A DNA stretch of 35,642 bases from NCBI GenBank assembly GCA_021323375.2, contig JAJPCT020000008.1:1-35642 (forward strand), read 5' to 3'. Below are positions 30,913 to 35,642 of this stretch, one piece after another (within the stretch, counting starts at the first letter, position 1; the number at the start of each line of letters is the position of its first letter). This stretch comes from Candidatus Wolframiiraptor gerlachensis. GTDB lineage: Archaea; Thermoproteota; Nitrososphaeria_A; Caldarchaeales; Wolframiiraptoraceae. Below the pieces are notes generated by a model. The model saw only the letters and a program-made list of their open reading frames with translations, did not search any database and was not told where the DNA came from. A program made the translations under genes and the position numbers.

Positions 30913-32757
30913 TTATTCAATGGGTTTATGCCACTCCACGCGCTCAAGCTCATTATCCTCCCGCCAGCCACCGTCTGCAGAACAAACTGGTAGAGGCCGC
31001 GCCTAAGCCTTTTTCACCTTCCCCTATGTCCCTGTAAAAACTGGCAGCGCCTGGTGGATCTCCCTTGATCGTATAGGGTGAGGTCTCATAGACCTCTTTT
31101 AGGGCGTAAAGACTCCCTCAGGCTTCTGCAGAGCCACAGTCTCACTGTAGCGGCAGACGGCTGCCAGCCTCGTCCCTAGCCGAGCTCCGCGCCCTTCTGT
31201 AAAGGCTTGAAGCCGCCTTTATCAAGCTCCAATAGATAGGAGTCAAGCCACATTAACCCTGTTCTTGACTATGCGCAGCTGGTAAAAGTCCTGAATCCGC
31301 TCTAACAAAAACACCGTCAGCTATACCTGTGATAGCGCTGCTGCCGCGTATTTCCATCCAAAATATTCGCGTGTAAAAGGCTGCGCCTTTCTCAAGCGAT
31401 GAATAAGTATAATTGTTACATTATGTTTCATGCATATGGCCTTCAGCCTCCGCATTAGCTGGTAAACCCGGATATTATCATTTTCCGCCGTGAATTTGTA
31501 TCACTGCACTCAGGTTATCAATGATGACTAAGCCTCGTGGCTATACTCCGTTATGGCCCTCTCAAGCGCGGCCACTGCCCTTTACTTTCAAGGCTCAAGC
31601 CGCCGCCCAAGAAAAAGAGGCCATCACCTGGAATATCATCCGTTATCAACTCCATCCTCTGCTTTAGCAGTTGATAAGTGAGTTCTCAAAATCAATGAGT
31701 AAAACGTTTGTTTTGGCGGCGTTAAATGCGTCAAAGATCCTCTCACCTTTTACAATCTTCTAGAGAGAGGTCAAGGCGCCATGAAGCTTTTACCTCTCCC
31801 GGGCGCCCTGCTAGAATGATCAACGAGCCGCGCGGCAAAAAGCGGCTCAGAAATATAATCAATGGCACTCCACTTCCCTTACCACGTCTGAAAATTTTTG
31901 ATGCTCAAAGTTTCCGTGGATTCTCCTCTTTCTCACTGGAGAGAAGCCCCACCTTTGACAGAAAGTTTTTCAGTGAATAAGCCTTTCCGTCATGAAAATC
32001 ATAGAAATATCCTTTGTCTTTTGCGGAGATAAAAGATGGATGCTTATCCGCTGGGCATGAAAAGGGCAGTGATAAAGCGCGTAGCGGTGTGCTATCATAA
32101 GCCAGCCTGTCCCGTGAAAAAGTCTTGAGCCATCTCCAAGTAATGCTTGAGCCTATCTCCATTCCATCATCTACCGTCGCGCCTTTTTCATTAGTGTTAT
32201 GTTTTAGCTCAAGAATTAACTCCCGCCTCATGTAAAAGCGCGTGAACATGTTATTAGCGTCATCAATGATGCGGATGCTGTTATCATTTAGCTTGAGATA
32301 GCCCTCAGACGGGTGCATTATGACAAATTTGTTAAAGAGTAGCTCAATCTTACTTCCATCCTCTAATTCCACGGAGAATCTCTCCGGCTCCTTTACGCTG
32401 TAATAATAGGCGTGTAGGCCGCCGCGCGGCGTCCTTTCCAATTTTGTGATGGGCAGATGCTTCAGTAATGGCCTCCATCTCTCCTCCGGCATGTCAAAAT
32501 CAACGCAGGAAAGATAAAGGCCATCAAGCGTTTTTTGTAGAAAGACGCCCAGGGCGTTAGCGCCCTCCCAGTTTAAGTCCTCCAGCTCCTCCCGGCCCTG
32601 GCCATTTCTGAGCCATTTTTCCAGCGCCCCGGACTTCATTAGTGGCCGTTTTCTCCATTTTTCGTCATTCCTCCAGACGTGTAGGGGGCCGCAATCAGGC
32701 CTTTCTCATGCCAGGCCAGGGCCGCCCGCAAAGTTTATTAGCTAAAGGGCCCCACAC
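30913..32757 (-). CDS. Replication protein: bifunctional primase-polymerase + zinc-finger-like module + RecA-type (AAA_25/RepA-like) helicase, frameshifted
   Basis: LSCVDFD and TPRGGLHAYY (prim-pol); DKHPSF..YFYDFHDGK (CHC2-like); LPRGSLIILAGRPGE(G)KS Walker A, VLLIDFEN, ENDN, NVTIILIHRLRK and LRIVKNR. Confidence 0.75.
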
Positions 32758-33410
32758 TACTCTCCGCGCGCCGCTGGAGGTGGGAGGGGTCTTCCACGCC
32801 TATTCCTCACCTCCATGATCCCTCTTCCCAGCCATCCGGCCTCTTTAGCATGACCAGCCGTGTAAAAGAAAACACTTTGAGGCCGTCTCCCTCCGCGCCC
32901 CTCTTCCCACTCAAGCAATAGCGCCTTCTCATTGCAAACCACATGATCCACATTTTGGGCAGACAAACCTGTTACAGGCGGTGCAGTAATCTGCATTCTT
33001 TATTTCAAACTCACAACCACAAAGCCAACAGCGGTACGCATATTCATACCTACAATGCATGCATTTCAAACCTTCCACTAAATGTATTTTTGAACGCTTT
33101 TCCACACCTGTAACATTTCAGTGTAATGTATCTGACCCCATCTTGGTTTTATGAAATGCTCAAAGTCATTTGAAAAACATAAAATACTTATGTTAAAGGT
33201 GTCCGCTATCTTCTGCAGTTTTTCAACGTCATTCTTTTCAGATAATTAAAAAATTTAACAAAATAGATTTTGTCATCCTTCAAGCAGACAAAATCAAAGG
33301 CATCATCAATTATTTTAAGGGGAGTGGAAGCTGCGCTGCCTTAGCCTCTCCTCCGCCAAAACATGCATGAGATTTTGCGGGTTAATTGTTTGACTGCGCC
33401 TCATTTCCAT
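32757..33410 (-). CDS. Hypothetical protein: restriction-endonuclease-like N-domain plus five CxxC zinc-ribbon motifs (frameshifted)
   Basis: AFDFVCLKDDKIYFVK, then KCYRCG, KCMHC, RCWLCG, YCTAC and VCPKCGSCG; GGGTG RBS before the ATG at 33410. Confidence 0.55.
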
Positions 33411-33640
33411 CACCCACCCTGAAGATAATCACTCTATCCGCTAGAATCTTCTGCCTGACGCTCTGTCCTTTTTCAAACATATTTTTAGGTAGAGACACAG
33501 ACTAGGCTTCTGCCCAGCTGAATAACTTTCACCAGCCTAATGTTTTGATGCCTCATCAGGAAAAGCGTGGAAACTGATATATATATTTGCTTAACTTCAA
33601 AGACACCTGAAAATGCAAAATTCATTCAAACATTTTTTAT
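33383..33640 (-). CDS. AbrB/SpoVT/MazE-like small DNA-binding protein (frameshifted; start uncertain)
   Basis: IRLVKVIQLGRSL..VSLPKNMFEKGQSVRQKILADRVII resembles the AbrB-type KV..G.S..VSLPK motif. Confidence 0.5.
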
Positions 33641-33752
33641 CTTCAACCGCCGCCTCTCATGGAGGGTAAAGGGAGCGCGCCCCCGCTTTGAGGAGAGACC
33701 CTGGGGGCCTTTAAATATTGGATATCCTCCACCATGCTGAGCTATTATTTAA

Positions 33753-33770
33753 CTTTTTCCATGGAAAAAG
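33753..33770. promoter_or_regulatory. Perfect 18-bp palindrome (operator/origin candidate)
   Basis: CTTTTTCCATGGAAAAAG equals its own reverse complement. Confidence 0.6.
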
Positions 33771-33839
33771 GCGGTATTACTACTTACTCTATATAGATTC
33801 ATTTTCAGGGAAAAGTTTAAATAGCGCGGAACAAACTGG

Positions 33840-33920
33840 AAAAACCAGGGAAAGGCTCCTTTTGCCTTGAAAAGCCCGGAGCAGGCTCCTTTTGGCTAAA
33901 AGAACCTTTTCCTGGTTTTT
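33840..33920. repeat. 27-bp imperfect inverted repeat with internal direct repeat AGGCTCCTTTTG
   Basis: Arms 33840-33866 and 33894-33920 match at 23/27; AGGCTCCTTTTG occurs at 33853 and 33883. Confidence 0.75.
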
Positions 33921-34145
33921 GGAAAACGGAAGAAAATATTAAACCACTATTTAAATGTTGCGCAAATTTTAAATAGGTAATACTGCTACTTTTAACAGTT
34001 TGTATATTATATGTAAAAGTGCTGGTACATACCAATGCTAGTAATACGCGCATTGATGTACATTTTTGTACATTGTAAAGGGGCATGTCCCACCCTTTTT
34101 ACGTTTTGGGGAGAAACTTTTTACGGGCGCGGCCCATTATCATAT

Positions 34146-34361
34146 ATGCTGTCAAAGCGAGAGAAGGAATTTTGGAGAATCCAGCGGCTTTTTCCAGGGA
34201 GGAGGCCCGGGTCTACCGGGCATAGGATAAAGAAGAAACTGAGAGAAGCCTTAGGGAGCTTGAGCTCTCAATGACTTGATAATCTCCGGCGCTTTTCCGG
34301 TAAAACATGCGGTGGGAAATCTTCTAAGCCGGGGGTCGGGGGTTCAAGTCCCCAGGCCCGC
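34146..34361 (+). CDS. Putative integrase N-terminal fragment int(N) reading toward/into attR (frameshifted)
   Basis: Reconstruction MLSKREKEF(L)ENPAAFSREEARVYRHRIKKKLREALG; co-oriented with int(C) and abutting attR. Confidence 0.6.
34321..34361 (+). repeat. attR (duplicated 3' half of tRNA-Arg)
   Basis: CTTCTAAGCCGGGGGTCGGGGGTTCAAGTCCCCAGGCCCGC, with no D-arm or 5' acceptor strand upstream. Confidence 0.9.
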
Positions 34362-34453
34362 ATCTATAGATGAAGTATCTATAAATGAAGTATCTATTTA
34401 TCGCTAGCGCTAGTAGAGAATTGTCGTGATGAACGTGATCATTACAGCAGTTG

Positions 34454-35602
34454 TTATGGTTGTTGGCGCGAGTATTTTGTGGTGACTTTCCGGAGACTTG
34501 CTTTATAATATTCTGTTGAGAGTATTAGGCATGCATGAGCCGGGCTCAGTAGAGCTCCTGTAAAGCCTCCGGTGAACGCTAGCAGGAGCGCCCTATTACT
34601 TTCCTTTAAAAGGGGTGCTAGGGGCGGGAACGCTAGAGCGACGAAGGTGAATTCGACGCCAGTCCCAACAACTATTAGAAAGGGTATTGCGAATGCCGCG
34701 AGATCCAATAGAGAAGAGAGCCTGGTTAATAGATTATAGGCGACGCCGCTCTCCTCTATGAACGTGCTATAGATAAATGAGAAGACTATTATCGTTATAA
34801 AAGTCGGGTTCAGGGAGCTTTTTAGAGACTTAGCCATAGTCTTTATTGAGGGCTTGTAAATGGCTATCGCCATCAAAATCACTATTATTAGTGAGATCAC
34901 CAAGTCCATGCGAAGAATGATCGTTGTGATAGCTATTAGGAGAAATGGCCAGATATGCAGTAACCCGCTCACTCTCCCTCTCTCATTGAAAACTCTCCCA
35001 TCAATTGCTCTCCGGATGATGAGCATTCCAATAATGGCGCCGATGATTGTTGCGGTGAGCATTATCGGAAGATTCATTGTCGAGATTCTTCCAATAGAGA
35101 TCCCAAGTAGGCCGGATGCGAGGATCACACCTTGGTAAAGTGGCCAAGTTGTTATCCAGATTTGCCTGAACCAGTAGTTTATGAAGCCCTTCTGCTCCGC
35201 GTTTAGGCGTAGTTTCTCATAGAGATCGTTCAGGATCACTGCTGATACATACGCTCCTCCCGGCATGGGTAGTAGTCCTATGAGCGCTGGTGTTGCTAAA
35301 GCGGCAAAGCTCGTGCTGAAAAAGGATAATCCCTCTACAAGCTTCTGGGAGTAGCCCGTCATGCTATACAACTCGGCTAGGAACATCGCGAGTATCAAGG
35401 CTAGAAGTGTTCGAATCATGCTCATGTTGAATGCTCGTGGGAGGATTTGAATGAGGTTCGAGCCGAATGCTAGAAGGCCGAAGAGGAGGCTGCCTACAGC
35501 AAGCGCGGCCGCAACATTAACCCCCCTAAAAGTAAGTACCAGGACTATAATTGTGGAGATTATGAGAGCGGCCGTCAAGTCGATGCTGTACATTACCTTC
35601 AC
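34454..35602 (-). CDS. DUF401-family multi-pass membrane protein (C-terminus likely frameshifted)
   Basis: PALIGLLPMPGGA..SA, INYWFRQIW...WPLY and LLSPAHACL..S.EYY motifs. Confidence 0.8.
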   Translation of the reverse strand: MKVMYSIDLTAALIISTIIVLVLTFRGVNVAAALAVGSLLFGLLAFGSNLIQILPRAFNMSMIRTLLALILAMFLAELYSMTGYSQKLVEGLSFFSTSFAALATPALIGLLPMPGGAYVSAVILNDLYEKLRLNAEQKGFINYWFRQIWITTWPLYQGVILASGLLGISIGRISTMNLPIMLTATIIGAIIGMLIIRRAIDGRVFNERGRVSGLLHIWPFLLIAITTIILRMDLVISLIIVILMAIAIYKPSIKTMAKSLKSSLNPTFITIIVFSFIYSTFIEESGVAYNLLTRLSSLLDLAAFAIPFLIVVGTGVEFTFVALAFPPLAPLLKESNRALLLAFTGGFTGALLSPAHACLILSTEYYKASLRKVTTKYSRQQP

Positions 35603-35642
35603 CTGAGATCATAAGTGCTCAATTTTCAGAGGAGGGCCTTTT

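Larger units (their letters stand above)
30002..34361. mobile_element. ~4.36 kb integrated plasmid-like element with SSV-type split tyrosine integrase
   Basis: Bounded by ~41-bp direct repeats of the tRNA-Arg 3' half; contains int(C) after attL, a putative int(N) before attR, and a prim-pol/helicase gene. Confidence 0.88.

Noticed and set aside
33817-34086. 89-aa minus-strand ORF with repeated QKEP motifs
   Set aside because: The peptide repeat just reflects the DNA direct/inverted repeats in the element's non-coding region.
34321-34361. Possible second tRNA-Arg or split-tRNA half
   Set aside because: It has no 5' half and no complementary leader, and is fully explained as attR.
34366-34397. 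15-bp tandem duplication (ATARATGAAGTATCT x2) after attR
   Set aside because: Only two adjacent copies with no spacers, so not a CRISPR array.

Overview
Archaeal chromosome segment, most likely TACK/Aigarchaeota-like (inferred from the fused GuaA, DGGGP synthase, non-catalytic tRNA-splicing endonuclease subunit, archaeal LeuRS and a BHB-type tRNA intron). 1-4.9 kb is a visibly lower-GC minus-strand cluster: type IIA P-type ATPase, HprK/PEPCK-like kinase and PfkB sugar kinase. 5-22.8 kb is mostly clean housekeeping DNA: guaA, HAD, two transporters, SpeD-like, PduO-like, RPA, tRNA-His with intron, LysE, rpiA, tRNA-Leu, Ala dehydrogenase, DegT aminotransferase, DGGGPS, EndA subunit and leuS. From 22.8 kb on, nearly every gene carries many single-base indels, probably sequencing error, so proteins there were rebuilt by hand and their ends are approximate. 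This part holds DUF434, an HTH + ferritin-like fusion divergent from feoAB, a vapBC pair, and a ~4.36 kb plasmid-like element integrated in tRNA-Arg(TCT). The element carries an SSV-type split tyrosine integrase, a primase-polymerase/RecA-type helicase replication gene, a multi-zinc-ribbon protein, an AbrB-like protein and a structured non-coding region. A homologue of the element's putative integrase N-fragment sits alone against tRNA-Leu, which suggests a relic of a second integration.
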